Positions 32,382 to 44,439 of a stretch of DNA of 64,000 bases are shown here, in pieces. The notes under the pieces are model-generated. The model saw only the letters and a list, made by a program, of their open reading frames with translations. It was not told the DNA's origin and made no database searches. The position numbers and the translations under genes were made by a program. The number at the start of each line of letters is the position of its first letter. Positions within the stretch are counted from its first letter, which is position 1. This DNA is from Tetramitus jugosus (taxonomy: Eukaryota > Protista > Heterolobosea), in contig OW569372.1 in NCBI GenBank assembly GCA_937625935.1, positions 414,754 to 478,753 on the forward strand. The letters are read 5' to 3'.

Positions 32382-34673
32382 TTAGCAGATAGCCGGTGCA
32401 TGGAGCTCTATTAAAGCTTTAATGCATGGTGGTAATCCCCGATGCTTCAAATTGTTTAACATCAATTCATGGATCTGATCTTCACATTGAATAAACACAA
32501 TGAGATCCTCTATCATACTAAGTGCTTGACCTTCATAGAATAGTTTTGATTCTGCTTCTCGGTAGTCATCAGTTAGCACTTTATAAGGATGAAGGTCAAT
32601 ACTGTTCTTGGCCTCTGAATAGGAACAGTAGTACTTGGCACATAGACACAACATCATCTGTTCTCTAAAAGTCATTGTTGATGACAGATTGAGCACAAGC
32701 GATCTTTGCAATTTCTCATTTGCGATGAGTTTGACATTCATAGGCACATCACTCTCATCAGCAACTTCAGTTTCGGTCACTATCACATTCAAATGTTGAA
32801 GGAAATTATGCTTTGCTTCGATTGTCGAAGCAGTTTGAAAGAAACTTGCAGCACTTATTGGAGTCACACAAACCAAGGATTCGAGCTTTGGTAGATGAGT
32901 CAATAAACTATCCAACTGATCTGTCATTTCTGAAAAATCGAATGTAAGATGCTTCAGATTCTCATGTTTTTCGCTCAATGTCATGGGCAAATTATTACTC
33001 AGCTTCATATTCAGTGACAACGAAGATAATAGGGGTTGGTGTTGTAACAAGCCATATAGGGTTGATGAGTGGACAACTCCAGCAACGGATGCTGATACAA
33101 TCCTAGCATTCGTGCACTGCTCCAGTTTTCGAAATAAACCATGACCACTCAACAATGAATTAGATGATGAATCCACGATATGAATATCCTCCAGAGTCGC
33201 TACACTGCTATCAGATAGCCACTCAAACATGCTCGTGTTGCCACTAAATACTTTTAGTGCTTCGATTGTCGAGATATGACTCCGTAGGAACTCCTCTGAC
33301 AGTTGATTCGGCTCTGCCACCCGCAAAACCTTCACATTCTGTAGCGTGTTGCTCAAAATGGCACTTGTTAATTGAGTATCACATCGATCCAATCGAATTG
33401 ATCTCAAATGAGGCAAAACCAATGAAGAATTCACACTATTCAGCAAAGGAGCCAATTTGCAATTGAGATGGATGGAAGAGAGCATTGGAGACGATGCCAA
33501 TATTTGATAAGCACTTTTAGGCAGTATTTGGTTCAAGAAGCAGACTGAAAGTCTCGGAAACTCCAAACTACAGTCATAAATCATTGAATCCGTACAAGAT
33601 AGACTCAAATCCTCAATCGTATTTCTCGTCGCATCCAACAGAGGTAAAATAAGGGAAGAACCACCGATGACATGCAATGATTTCAATCGAGGCAAATGAA
33701 AACTAGGTATCAACATGAATGAATCACTGCCTGCAACTGTTTGACTCGATCGTCCAATGCGCTTCATTGACTTGATGGACAAACTTTCCAATTGACTCAT
33801 CCGATGCGACACAAACAAGTCAACCCACTGTTCATCCGTTATTGTCAATCCACTCTCAATCGATAAACTTTGTAAATGTTCCTGCACGACCGTCACATTA
33901 TTCAATGCATCATCATCACTTTTGTTTTCGTAAGCTTGTTCTTCACTCCTAGTAGTCGTAGCGTTCCTATTCAATCGATTAAACAAATGATTCAAAAATT
34001 GAATGTCCACTCGAATGCCTCTTCCCAAGCGAATCGTTTCTAATCGTTTCTGTCGTCTCAACATGTATGCAAACTCCTGGTTGACAATGGCAGCAGTCGA
34101 ATCACAACTCCATTCAAAATGAGAACAATTTGACATTTTCGATAACAGGAATGAAACGAGAGAATATGTACAATGATCAGCTCTCAAGAAATTGACATTA
34201 TCTAGGCATTTGATCATGTTTGCTTCCGTTGTCGACAGTACATTGTTATTGTTGTTGGTCAGAGCAAAGTGAAGAGAGAATAGTGATGCATGCTGTTGCT
34301 GTTGCTGTTGTTGTTGTTGCTGATTTTGGATAAAAGAGAGTAGTGGAATGATCCATTGACTACTCTGAATATGAAAACGTGTAATATTGACTTTGGATGA
34401 CCATGAAAGCAATCGATCATATATCGTGTTCCAACTATCGTTACTATTGTTACTTGAGTCATCTTGAGAGTAGTAATAGTGAGGAGGAAGAGAGAGCCAT
34501 CGATCTTGCCAAACAGCACAATTGTTCTCAATTAAATCATACCAACAAGTGTGAACGAGAGAAGCACAACAGAGGAGTTCTTGTGTGCTCAGATAGGATA
34601 GCATGTGAGTGAAGCAATCAATATCCATATTGTTCAAGGAGGACGACGTGGAAAATTCTTCTGTTAGGGACAT
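32382..34673 (-). CDS. F-box/leucine-rich-repeat protein
   Basis: LNNMDIDCFTHMLSYLSTQELL..ASLVHTCWY F-box; LxxLxL repeats. Confidence 0.78.
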   Translation of the reverse strand: MSLTEEFSTSSSLNNMDIDCFTHMLSYLSTQELLCCASLVHTCWYDLIENNCAVWQDRWLSLPPHYYYSQDDSSNNSNDSWNTIYDRLLSWSSKVNITRFHIQSSQWIIPLLSFIQNQQQQQQQQQQHASLFSLHFALTNNNNNVLSTTEANMIKCLDNVNFLRADHCTYSLVSFLLSKMSNCSHFEWSCDSTAAIVNQEFAYMLRRQKRLETIRLGRGIRVDIQFLNHLFNRLNRNATTTRSEEQAYENKSDDDALNNVTVVQEHLQSLSIESGLTITDEQWVDLFVSHRMSQLESLSIKSMKRIGRSSQTVAGSDSFMLIPSFHLPRLKSLHVIGGSSLILPLLDATRNTIEDLSLSCTDSMIYDCSLEFPRLSVCFLNQILPKSAYQILASSPMLSSIHLNCKLAPLLNSVNSSLVLPHLRSIRLDRCDTQLTSAILSNTLQNVKVLRVAEPNQLSEEFLRSHISTIEALKVFSGNTSMFEWLSDSSVATLEDIHIVDSSSNSLLSGHGLFRKLEQCTNARIVSASVAGVVHSSTLYGLLQHQPLLSSLSLNMKLSNNLPMTLSEKHENLKHLTFDFSEMTDQLDSLLTHLPKLESLVCVTPISAASFFQTASTIEAKHNFLQHLNVIVTETEVADESDVPMNVKLIANEKLQRSLVLNLSSTMTFREQMMLCLCAKYYCSYSEAKNSIDLHPYKVLTDDYREAESKLFYEGQALSMIEDLIVFIQCEDQIHELMLNNLKHRGLPPCIKALIELHAPAIC

Positions 34674-35207
34674 GGTTGATTAGTTGATTATTCGATGAAT
34701 AATGATTGGCTTATCTCTCGTTTTGTTTCTGTGTTGATTCAGTTGCTGCCGAGAAACAAAACCCAGTCAATTCTCGAGTTCAGATGGGGGTCAAATGCCG
34801 ATAACCACCAGGGGTTATTGCGTATTGGTCTGGAGGAGTGTACACGTAAAGAAGCTTCAGCGCAGGTTCTCCGAACTCCTGCGCAGTTGGAAGAGAAATT
34901 TCCTGCGCAGTTTCGAGCGCACTATGCTTTTTGCGCAGAATCCTCCTAAAAATATTTTCTCCTTCACACAAGATCTTGACTTGTAACTCTCCAGTTTACT
35001 TGCTGGTTTACCCGTACAACAGTTGAAGATCTACAACAGTGTTCGTTTATGATGTGGTATTTATTTTGTCCCATTCAATTAGATAATGTCCCGACATTCT
35101 GTTGTGATCACTCCAAGTTCGACAGAAAGTCAACCGTAATTTTATACACAAATAGTTAGTGCAATCAGTTCGTGTGCGATCTCACAAAAACAAATCAAGA
35201 GCTCATA

Positions 35208-36344
35208 ATGTCACTCTCATCCACTCACAACAATCTTGACAAGTTCAAGAGAATTATGAATCAGGTGTACGGTGAATTCTCATCGACACGATCATGGGCT
35301 CCCAAACTGTATCCAGAGTATGCGAACAGTGGAGGTGGAGGTCGATATCTTTGGACTGATGCCTTTGGTGTTTGCAACTACATTACACTGTTTTGTGAAA
35401 CAAAGGACGCAAAATACTTGGATCAAGCTGATTCTCTCATCAATCAAGTGCATGAAATTCTGGGAAAAGGTCGCTACGGTGACAACAAGCGTTTGGAACC
35501 AGCGACTGATGAGCAACCATTGTTGGGAGGTCTGAGAATCGGAAAGATTGACGATGAAGGATCCGATGGTGACGGTCAATACTTTCACTACTTGACCAAA
35601 TGGATGTTTTGTCTGAATCGTATGAGTATTGCACGAAACGAAGAAAAGTATAATCAGTGGGCCATTGACCTCGCAAAGTCCATCCATCCTGCGTTCGTCT
35701 ACAAGCCATCCAACAGCAATCGATCGAGAATGTTTTGGAAGATGAGTATCGATCTGAAGAAGCCTTTGGTGAGAAGTGAAGGAAACTTGGATCCGTTCGA
35801 TGGTTATCTCACCTATCGTATCCTACAGGACACTGACCTCCATTTCAATCAAGGTTCCTCAGCGAGTAGTGCTGATGACAGTAATGCTAACCGTGGCATT
35901 CTGGATAAAGAGATTGCTGATATGAAGAGCATGGTCGATGTCAAGTATCCATACTATTCGAGCAATGATCCGCTTGATCTGGGAGAAGCCATGTGGATCG
36001 CTCATTGGTACTATGATGAACCATGGTCCCATCACATTTCCAAGGAATCTCTCCATTCGATTAATGAACTGTGGGATCAGGGTTACTTCAAATCTCACAG
36101 TTACTATCGATTGGCATTCAGAGAATTTGGAACTACGATCGGTGTTCAGGTGAATCCCTTGGTTGAACGCCAGAAGAAGGAATGGATTGACAGAAGAGTT
36201 CCAATGCTTCACTCTTTCTGGGAGAAGGAACTGTTCAAGCGCGATTCGAACATTACACCAGTCATGTACTGCACTAGTTTGATTCCTGGAGCATTCAAAA
36301 GAGACTATGTCGAGAACCATATGAAACAGTTGAGTGAAAGTTGA
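35208..36344 (+). CDS. Conserved uncharacterised protein (RYLWTDA family), possible (alpha/alpha)6 glycosidase-like fold
   Basis: GRYLWTDAFGV, GGLRIGK, DGQYFHYLTKWMF.L, WKMS.DL..PLV, D..DG, DPL.LG, RLAFREFG..IG; I recognise these motifs from bacterial and fungal hypothetical proteins. Confidence 0.8.
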   Translation: MSLSSTHNNLDKFKRIMNQVYGEFSSTRSWAPKLYPEYANSGGGGRYLWTDAFGVCNYITLFCETKDAKYLDQADSLINQVHEILGKGRYGDNKRLEPATDEQPLLGGLRIGKIDDEGSDGDGQYFHYLTKWMFCLNRMSIARNEEKYNQWAIDLAKSIHPAFVYKPSNSNRSRMFWKMSIDLKKPLVRSEGNLDPFDGYLTYRILQDTDLHFNQGSSASSADDSNANRGILDKEIADMKSMVDVKYPYYSSNDPLDLGEAMWIAHWYYDEPWSHHISKESLHSINELWDQGYFKSHSYYRLAFREFGTTIGVQVNPLVERQKKEWIDRRVPMLHSFWEKELFKRDSNITPVMYCTSLIPGAFKRDYVENHMKQLSES

Positions 36345-36401
36345 GCCAATAAAACATTCTTCGACTTCTTTGCTAGTGGACCACTTCAATTTATTGTTGA
36401 C

Positions 36402-38591
36402 TTAAGCATAGGTCTTCATCCAGCCCAAAACATTGTCGTACCAAGCAATAGAGTTTACACTGTTCAACACCCAGTGATTTTCCATTGGGAAGAACAAGAA
36501 TCTGGATGGAACTCCTCTTCTTTGGAGAGCAGTGAATGCACTGATACCTTCAGATTCTGGAATACGATAGTCGTGTCCACCATGGATCACCAAAGTAGGT
36601 GTCTTCCAGTTGGCAACAAAGTTTCTTGGGTTGAACTTTTCGAATCCAGCGGTGAACTTTGACTCCCAAGGCTTGCAACCTCTGTTTTCGACTGGGCAGT
36701 ATTCACTCTCTGGGAACCACAACTCTTCGGTGCTGTAGTACATGGACATGGTATCGAAAACACCGTCGTGGCACACCAAGGAACGATATCTGTCGGTTTG
36801 ACCGTTGATCCAGTTGATCATGTATCCACCATAACTGGCTCCGTTAGCATGCAAGTTGTTGGAATCCAACCATGAATTCTTGGAAAGAATGTAATCCAAA
36901 CCAGTCATCAAGTCTTGGTATGGGTTGCTTCCCCAGTGATTACGAACGAGATCAGTGAATGCTTGACCTTGACCGGTACTTCCAGGTGGATTAATGAGAA
37001 CAACAGCAAAGCCAGCATGAACCCACAATTGTGGATTCCATCTAGTGCTCCAAGCAGACTCCCATGCGCCTTCCTATTGAACAAGGTGTTAGATACAACT
37101 TTTTAAATGCGAAACAACATAAAACACTATCAAACTACTTACAGGACCACCATGGATCAGATGAGCAACAGGATACTTCTGATTAGGGTTAAAGTTAGCT
37201 GGTTTGAACAACCATCCTTGGTTTGTGAAGCCTTCGCTTCCAGAAAAGTGGAAAAGCTCTGGTTCATTGAACACAAAGTTGCGCAAAGCAGCACTGTTAA
37301 CTCTTGTAACTTGTGAGTAGTTCTCAACGCCAGCACCTCTGTAGGTGAATGTCCAGACGTCAGGAGGAGCCATGTATGAGCTTCTCACAGTCATGTACAT
37401 TCCGTTACTTCCTGGAACATATTGAGGAGCATTTTGGTTCTTCAAATCAGAAACCTCAACACCCACAGAAGTAGAAGGATTGTTACCGCAGGAGAACAAC
37501 TTGTCCATGCCATCATCAGTGGCAACCATGAAGAATCCAGAATTTCCAATCCAAGAATATTCATTGATGCTTCTGTCCCACTTGTCAGTAACCTTGTACA
37601 GTCTGTTGCTTGTTCTGTTGAAAACTTCCAAGTGCAACCTATCGGACTCCAATCCTGGTCTGTCCATGGCCAAGAAGGCCAAAGCAGTTCCATCAGGAGA
37701 GTACAATGGATTCTGAGTACGTGGTTCAATACCAGAAGTGAGCCAAACAGGAGCTTGAGGAACACCATTCTTCAATGCAACAGTGTAAATTCTCCATCCT
37801 GTGCTCCATGCTTGTTCTCTGTCGACCATGTCCAAATTGATGGCAATTTCAGATCCATCAGGTGCAACATCGAATTGCTCTGCACCACCGAATGGTGTAA
37901 TTGGAGACTCTGCACTCATACCTGCCATAGCATCCATTGGTTCACCATCAATATAGACAGTAGTACTAAACTTGATCTTTTGAACAAAAATGTGACTAGA
38001 CTTTCCAGTCATCCATTGATCCCAATGTCTCACAAACAACTTGTCATAGACATGATAAGTGTTTGGTCCTCTAGCCTCAACAGAAGCATCTCTATTGGCA
38101 GTACATTGCAAATTGTTGCAATCAGGGTAGACATCCGCACTAAACACAATCAAATTTGCCTTGTAGGACCACTTGAAATTGGTCACATCAACAGGGTACT
38201 TTGTCACTTGATTCAAAGTATTTGGAGCAGACCACAACACACTCCAAAGTTGATTAGATCCGGATCGACTACTCATGAACAACACTGACATACTGTCAGG
38301 TGACCAAACAGGAGAGGAGTCAAACACGCCCCACGTGAGAGGAGTCAAGGTCTTTGAGATGTTTGTAGCAAGATCAATCATCTCTAGATTGCTTGCAGTC
38401 TTGTTCGTGGCTGGATCCCAGGATCTCAACTGATAGGCCACATACTTGCCGTTTGGACTCACAGTCGCACCAGACAATCGCTTGAGTTGATGCAAATCGC
38501 GCGCAGTAAAAACTGCTGCATAAATGTTGGAGACAAAAAATGTCACGGACAACACAGCCAGCAGCAGTGATAGAATGAATTTGGAAGACAT
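36402..38591 (-). CDS. Secreted S9C prolyl oligopeptidase-family peptidase (dipeptidyl peptidase V-like); intron 37074-37142
   Basis: Signal peptide, PD40-like SPDG repeats, RHWD, IHGGP|EGAW, catalytic GASYGG, DYRIP, ENHWVL. Confidence 0.93.
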
Positions 38592-39421
38592 CTGTCTGTT
38601 GTTTGTTTGCTTTTTTTTTTGCTTGTTGAAAGTTCACACACAGACATCGTGTTTTTTGTCAACACGGTGAGGATGTCGCGCAAACAGAAAACACGCTTTT
38701 TTGGAGGTCAATCTCCGGTTCTCCGGTGCAACTCTACGGAGACAACAACTGAAGTTGGTAAGCATTTCATATCATCAGATGTGAACTGTTACATCATAAA
38801 CTGCTCATAACGAGAGAAACAGTCATGGACGAATAAATCTCGTGGAAACCACTTTCTGTACATCGTTTTCTTACAAGAAGTAAGTTACTGCAAATTGTAT
38901 CCACAAGATCGACAGTGTACTTTGTGTGGTTGGTCCCAAGTGAAATTTGAATGGGTTGTTCTCACTGTTGTAAACAAATCATTTTGGTATTTTTGCTCAG
39001 TAAAAGCGGGTGCGATCTTTAAGATCAGAGCAGGTTCCAGACTGATAATAAGCCATGATGATGGAACTAATTTCTGGGCTCGAAAACAAAACCACCTCCT
39101 CATGATGATTTCCAACGTACGAAGGACAATTCTTCACAAGAACAATTCAAGAAACATTCGCTCATGTGTGGCGCACTACAGCAGAACAGTCAATGACGGA
39201 ACGTTTCCAGTAGAGTACATTGATGATGCTTTCCCTCGAGACTCCAAACAGTCAAGGGTTAAGAGAAAAGAAAGTCCCTGACACTGAGAACAAGCCCCAC
39301 AAGGAAAGAAACCCCAACTTTCAAATCTCAAGCAAAACTGGAAAAATCAAGTTTCCTAAAGAAATAAAATTTTTATAAAGGTGTGGTGATGGTTCTCCAC
39401 ATGAATGGTGCTCTAGTTTGT

Positions 39422-39715
39422 TCACTGTTGATGAGGAGTCGAAGGAGAACTGATATCAATTGATCCATCGTAAATTCCTTGGTATAATTTTTGTTCCACT
39501 TGCTTAAAGTGCAGCTGTTGTCTCATTTTCTCATTATCCATTTGATTGTGATGGATATGGTAGTGCAAAGATCGATTCGAGGGTGAAGGGAACATCATTT
39601 GGTTCGCTACAGGATATGGAGAGACTGGACTCGGATGAGGTGTCTTAGAAGTTTTGTACCCTGCAGACAAGAATGACATTGAGGGATTGGAGTGGGTAGT
39701 TGTTGTGCTATCATT
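39422..39715 (-). CDS. Possible short hypothetical protein or last exon
   Basis: About 100-aa ORF of natural-looking composition; 5' structure unresolved. Confidence 0.3.
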   Translation of the reverse strand, partial: NDSTTTTHSNPSMSFLSAGYKTSKTPHPSPVSPYPVANQMMFPSPSNRSLHYHIHHNQMDNEKMRQQLHFKQVEQKLYQGIYDGSIDISSPSTPHQQ

Positions 39716-40387
39716 CATCCTTAGAATATTATCAATCAATTGCGGTTATAGTACTCTTTTTCATGAGTTTGTTTGATACAACGACCAACTGCGAGGTTTT
39801 ATGGGAGACGGTCTTCATCCGATAAACCTAAAATTAGCCATTTATCAAAAAGGTACTTTGCGTCTAAAAATATGAGGCAATTTTCTTTTTTGAACCGCTC
39901 AATCATTTGGTTGAATGTGATTGCAACTTCAATCATCATTTTCCATCACAACTGACAGCAGACATTTGATGTTTTGCCCCGTTTTAAACAGCGGGAAATC
40001 CTTCCTTCCATAAATGTAGTAACGTAAGGACCGCTTATCAATCATAATCTGACTTGGGACGAACCAAAAGATACCAAGAGCCACCTCCCAAGGATCACAC
40101 TCGGCGAACACACACTCCAAAACAATTACACCGAAAGAGAAAACCAACAAAAGTCATCCCTCTTTTGCACTCTTTACCATTCTTCACTCATTTGCCATTC
40201 ATCACACCTCTTTCTGTGTCATCACCCGCATCTACCGTCACCCCTCTTTTGCCAGATCACACATAGCTTCAAGAAAAAAGGATAAACACATCAACAATTC
40301 TCAACAAACAAAACACACCTCCAGAGCTCTCAGAAGAAAAAAAAACCCACCCACACACACAGTTAACCTGAATATTTTACAGACACC

Positions 40388-42289
40388 ATGCCAAAGAAGC
40401 AACAACACTCGAACCTAAGCCACACCAATTCTTCATCGAATGAAATGGACGTTGATGACGGATCAGATTCGGTATCTGAAAAAGCAAACAAGAGAAAAAG
40501 CAAAAAAACGTCATCTGCTAGTCCTGCTAGTACTAGCAACAACAAGAAACAAAAGAGAAGCTCTCCTACTCCGTGGTCCAAGGCTGATGATTTACTGTTG
40601 AGACAATATGCAGAGGATCGGACTCTGTCATGGAGAAAGATTGCCGAACAGATTTTCAAGGGAAAGTTCACCAGTGGCCAATGTCATCAGCATTGGCACA
40701 GAGTTTTGTCAAACACGATTAATAAGGACGAGTGGACAGCTTCTGAAGAATGGAAGATGGTCAAGTTTATTGCTAGAAATGGTACTCACTCTTGGAGTGT
40801 GTTGAGTAAGTTTATGGGTAACGGAAGAATTGATATTCAATGTCGACAGTATGTGTGAATCTTACTTGCTATGTTTTTTTTCACGTTTGATTTTTATCAA
40901 TAACTAACGGTTGATTGTAATCCTAACGTTGTAATCCTTGTTTTTTTCTGTTGACCTTTAACCTTGTGCAGAAAGTGGAAAATGTTGACTAAATCGTTTG
41001 CCAAGTTGGTACAGCTAGAGAACGGTGGATACTTGATCCAGACACACAGACACTTGAGTCAAGGTAGTGTCGAAGAGTTGAACTTTGACAAACATATGAA
41101 TCATATTTCATCCTTGGACACATTGATGAGACTCCTCAATGACCAAATCCATAACTTGCCTGAATCTGAATCCAATACCGTCACACATCCTGTACATACG
41201 AGAAAGAATCGAAACAGTCGATCGCCAAGCAAGAACCAAAAGAAAAGACACCACTCCTCATCAGACAATGAAGATGAGGAATCATCAGACTCTGACTCTT
41301 CTCTCGTGGATGAAGATGCACAAGTAGATGAACAACATCTCATCCCTCTGAAAATTGTCATTTCTGAGTCTGACTGGCTACTGTTGAACTCTAACAGTAG
41401 CAGTAGTAAGAATGCTGAGGAGAGTGAGTCAGAACAACCTTCTACTCCATCCTCATCTGCTTCTGCATCCGGACACAACAGAAGCAAGAGAAACAGCATC
41501 AGCAGAAGCAGTCCCAATAAGAAGCGAACTGCAGCAAGTATTTCTGCAACTGAGCAGAGCTCATCCTCTGCCTCATCTGTGAACAAAAAGCGTCGCAAGT
41601 TGAGTTATAGTATGGAAACTGAGACAACTATCCCTCAACAACCAACACCTCAACAAGAAGAAACCACACCCACCATTGCTCCAAATCATGTAAAAATAGA
41701 ACCAACCAGTGATGGCATGCTTGTCATGGATAACTCCAATGAATCAGAGTGCCTATATGATGACAAGATGATGTGCTACGATTCTCTTCCTATTATGGAT
41801 GATGTGCCTTCACTTATTCACCATGAACTGTTTGCAATGTCTGACGATATGAGTCATGATGTCGTAAGTGGCAGTATGGATGTGATTGACCTCGCTGAGA
41901 GGCATTCATCCAGACCAATACTTGAGGCAGAGCGAAATGCCAACTCTAGTATTCTGAATAGCTTGTGTGCAGCCCACATGCAACCTGCACCCATTACTCG
42001 TACGATGAATGATTGTACGACTGTATTCCCAGGTGCTATAGAAATTCGCAACTCTGCGACATCTGTTGTACCATTCCAACGCGTTGATTATGCAGTAACC
42101 ACAACTGAGACCTCATCTGTTACTACTGCCAGTCAGAGTATCACTACCGTGAGCTCTGAGTCATTCGATCTGTTTTCATACGAGAACGATGAAGCTTCCC
42201 TGGATCATAACTTTATGATTCATGATATTCATCAAGATAATCTTTGGTCAGATGCCGATGACTTTCCTTCGTCACTTCTGCTCTACTAG
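40388..42289 (+). CDS. Two-repeat Myb-family transcription factor; intron 40849-40971
   Basis: PWSKADDLLL...WRKIA...QCHQHW and EWTASEE...WSVLSK...QCRQ|KW Trp-spaced repeats; acidic/Ser-rich C-terminus. Confidence 0.9.
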
Positions 42290-42312
42290 ACATATCTGAA
42301 TAAAACAAACAA

Positions 42313-43812
42313 CTAATTTATTGCCTCAATTGCTTTTTGAAGTAAACGTTTCTCGCTTATCCTCAAAATGAGGGCCCACTTCTGTCTCAACTCGGAAAGA
42401 TTATTCGGGGATGAAAGAGCAGACATTTGTTGTTCATCGAACTCCGATGATGTACCATACTTGCGTAATCGTTCTTGCAGTATTGCATGCAGGCACTCAC
42501 GAACCTTAGGATCGGATTTGACAGATGTTTGAAAGTATTCATTCAACTCTTGTATGTTCTTCTTCCAATTGTCGAATTGACTATCAGAGGAACAAACAAT
42601 GGTCACCATTGCAACCAAGTCTTCGCTAATCGAACCATCCGGACCAACAAAATAATTCAGTTCCAATTCTTCGTCGTCATCAGATTGTTCATCCTCGTCA
42701 TTTTCGTCGTCGCGTGATTTCTGGACAAACTTACTTCGGTTTTGAATCCAAAAGTCCCACCTCTTCTTATATCCCTTTTGCTTGCTCAGAACGGATTGCA
42801 CATCTTCAACTTGAATCGTAACAGTGTCGAATGGATTGTTTTCATGAGCAAAACCATATTTGTGCAACAGTTTTGCATTGCCTAAATCGTCATAAATATT
42901 AAAAATTTCGCATTGTTCACCAACAGGTTCGCTAATAATCATTTCAATCAATGGAGGTCCAGCCTGGTTACTTTCCTTTGCTTGCTCTTGAGCTTCTTCG
43001 GTATCTGACTCTGGTTCTGCATGTTCACAACGAACTTCAGAACCGCACTCTGGACATACAGTGCCCTGGCATACCATGTGAACATTCTCTGCACCACTCC
43101 TGTGATTAAACAAATCAGAAAGTGGCACCATTGCTAACTCATGATAATCATCGACTGAGAACGCCCTTGAAGCAACCAACGAAGTTGCACTCTTGTACAA
43201 TTCGAATGTCATGCGATTCCTATCAAACAGTTTCTTGTTCTTCTTAATAATGGGAAAAATAATACTCTTGAAATCATCTTCCATATCCTCCAATTCCTGA
43301 GCAATGCTCTCCGGTTGCAAATCAGTGCCCTTCAAATCCTTCAATTCATCACTAGACCAAAATATAGGCAGGTTTTCAAATTGAGGAACAGACTGCAAGT
43401 ATCCATACCACTTGGACGACTCACCCATTGCCATTTCATGCATCAGACACAATGTAAGTCCCAATCCTCCACCAATCTCTTCTTCTTCCAACAGCTGAGA
43501 CAGAGAAGATGTCTTGTTTGATAAAATGCTTGATTTTGGTATCGTGCATATCACTTGTTCCTCATTCAAGGCCTTCTTTGAAATGACTCTAAAACCATTG
43601 GATAAATCATAGGTGAACTCAATACGTTCTTTATCCCAAGTGATACCATGATCAGTGAACCATTGAAGCAGTGTGGTTAGCTTTGTGTCTGGTGAGTGCT
43701 CTACTGCTGCTTCTCTCTTGGGTTTCTTGTTATTCTTTGGAGCTTCGCCCTTCTTGTTGTTGCGGTGTGCATTTGCATTGGAGATGTCGCCGTGATTGCG
43801 TTTCTTTGCCAT
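42313..43812 (-). CDS. SETD6/Rkm-like protein N-lysine methyltransferase (SET plus Rubisco-LSMT substrate-binding domain)
   Basis: IPKSSILS, SKWYGYL..VP, SRAFSVD, MVPLSDLFNH, EIFNIY, NAKLLHKYGF. Confidence 0.88.
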   Translation of the reverse strand: MAKKRNHGDISNANAHRNNKKGEAPKNNKKPKREAAVEHSPDTKLTTLLQWFTDHGITWDKERIEFTYDLSNGFRVISKKALNEEQVICTIPKSSILSNKTSSLSQLLEEEEIGGGLGLTLCLMHEMAMGESSKWYGYLQSVPQFENLPIFWSSDELKDLKGTDLQPESIAQELEDMEDDFKSIIFPIIKKNKKLFDRNRMTFELYKSATSLVASRAFSVDDYHELAMVPLSDLFNHRSGAENVHMVCQGTVCPECGSEVRCEHAEPESDTEEAQEQAKESNQAGPPLIEMIISEPVGEQCEIFNIYDDLGNAKLLHKYGFAHENNPFDTVTIQVEDVQSVLSKQKGYKKRWDFWIQNRSKFVQKSRDDENDEDEQSDDDEELELNYFVGPDGSISEDLVAMVTIVCSSDSQFDNWKKNIQELNEYFQTSVKSDPKVRECLHAILQERLRKYGTSSEFDEQQMSALSSPNNLSELRQKWALILRISEKRLLQKAIEAIN

Positions 43813-44439
43813 GATTTTTCTCTGTGTGAAAAAAGAGGTTCAAGAAACAATGCATTATCAGCTATCCGTCCACAAAAGGAACCTGTGATTCTTCACACAT
43901 TGATGTCTTGCTATAAAAATAATACAACACATGCCAGTAGTCCAAAAAATCCATTCAGTGAGCCGTTGAGAGGACCACGTGCACGCCAGCCTGGCACATT
44001 TCCTTCTCCAGCCCAAGACTCTTATTTTTGCTGCCATTTTTTTTTCCGGTTCCAATAATGTCCTGGAAGGAAAACGCGTGGTCCTGAGAACTGAGGACGA
44101 ACAAGACTCAACGGTCATATTGAAGTCTGCAGAAATGTTAATTTCCGTCAGTCTTCTGGTGCCATTCTGAAATACACAGCTCTCCCGAAAAAACAGGATT
44201 ACTTTGCAACCAGAAAACACCAGTTAGTTCTTCCGGTTGACCAGATAGCCTATATCTTAGCATAGCTACTATTTTGTCACATACACACAACATCAACATC
44301 AGCAACAATAAAACGACTCACCTGCTTACACACCTGTCACCTGCACACCACTACCCGCGACTCTCCACTCTGTGAATACAAAAAAAACACCATCATTTAA
44401 CTTATTGCACATAAAATACCAAAAAAAAACAACAACAAC

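Noticed and set aside
37422-38288. 288-aa + strand ORF and many similar 60-180 aa ORFs opposite real genes
   Set aside because: These are antisense shadows of codon-biased genes (S9 peptidase, LSG1, profilin and others) with no domain signal
43971-44085. Inverted AGGACCACG(T/C)G pair in the SETD6/IPT divergent intergenic region, possible MITE ends
   Set aside because: Only about 11 bp with a mismatch, no TSD and no second copy in the window
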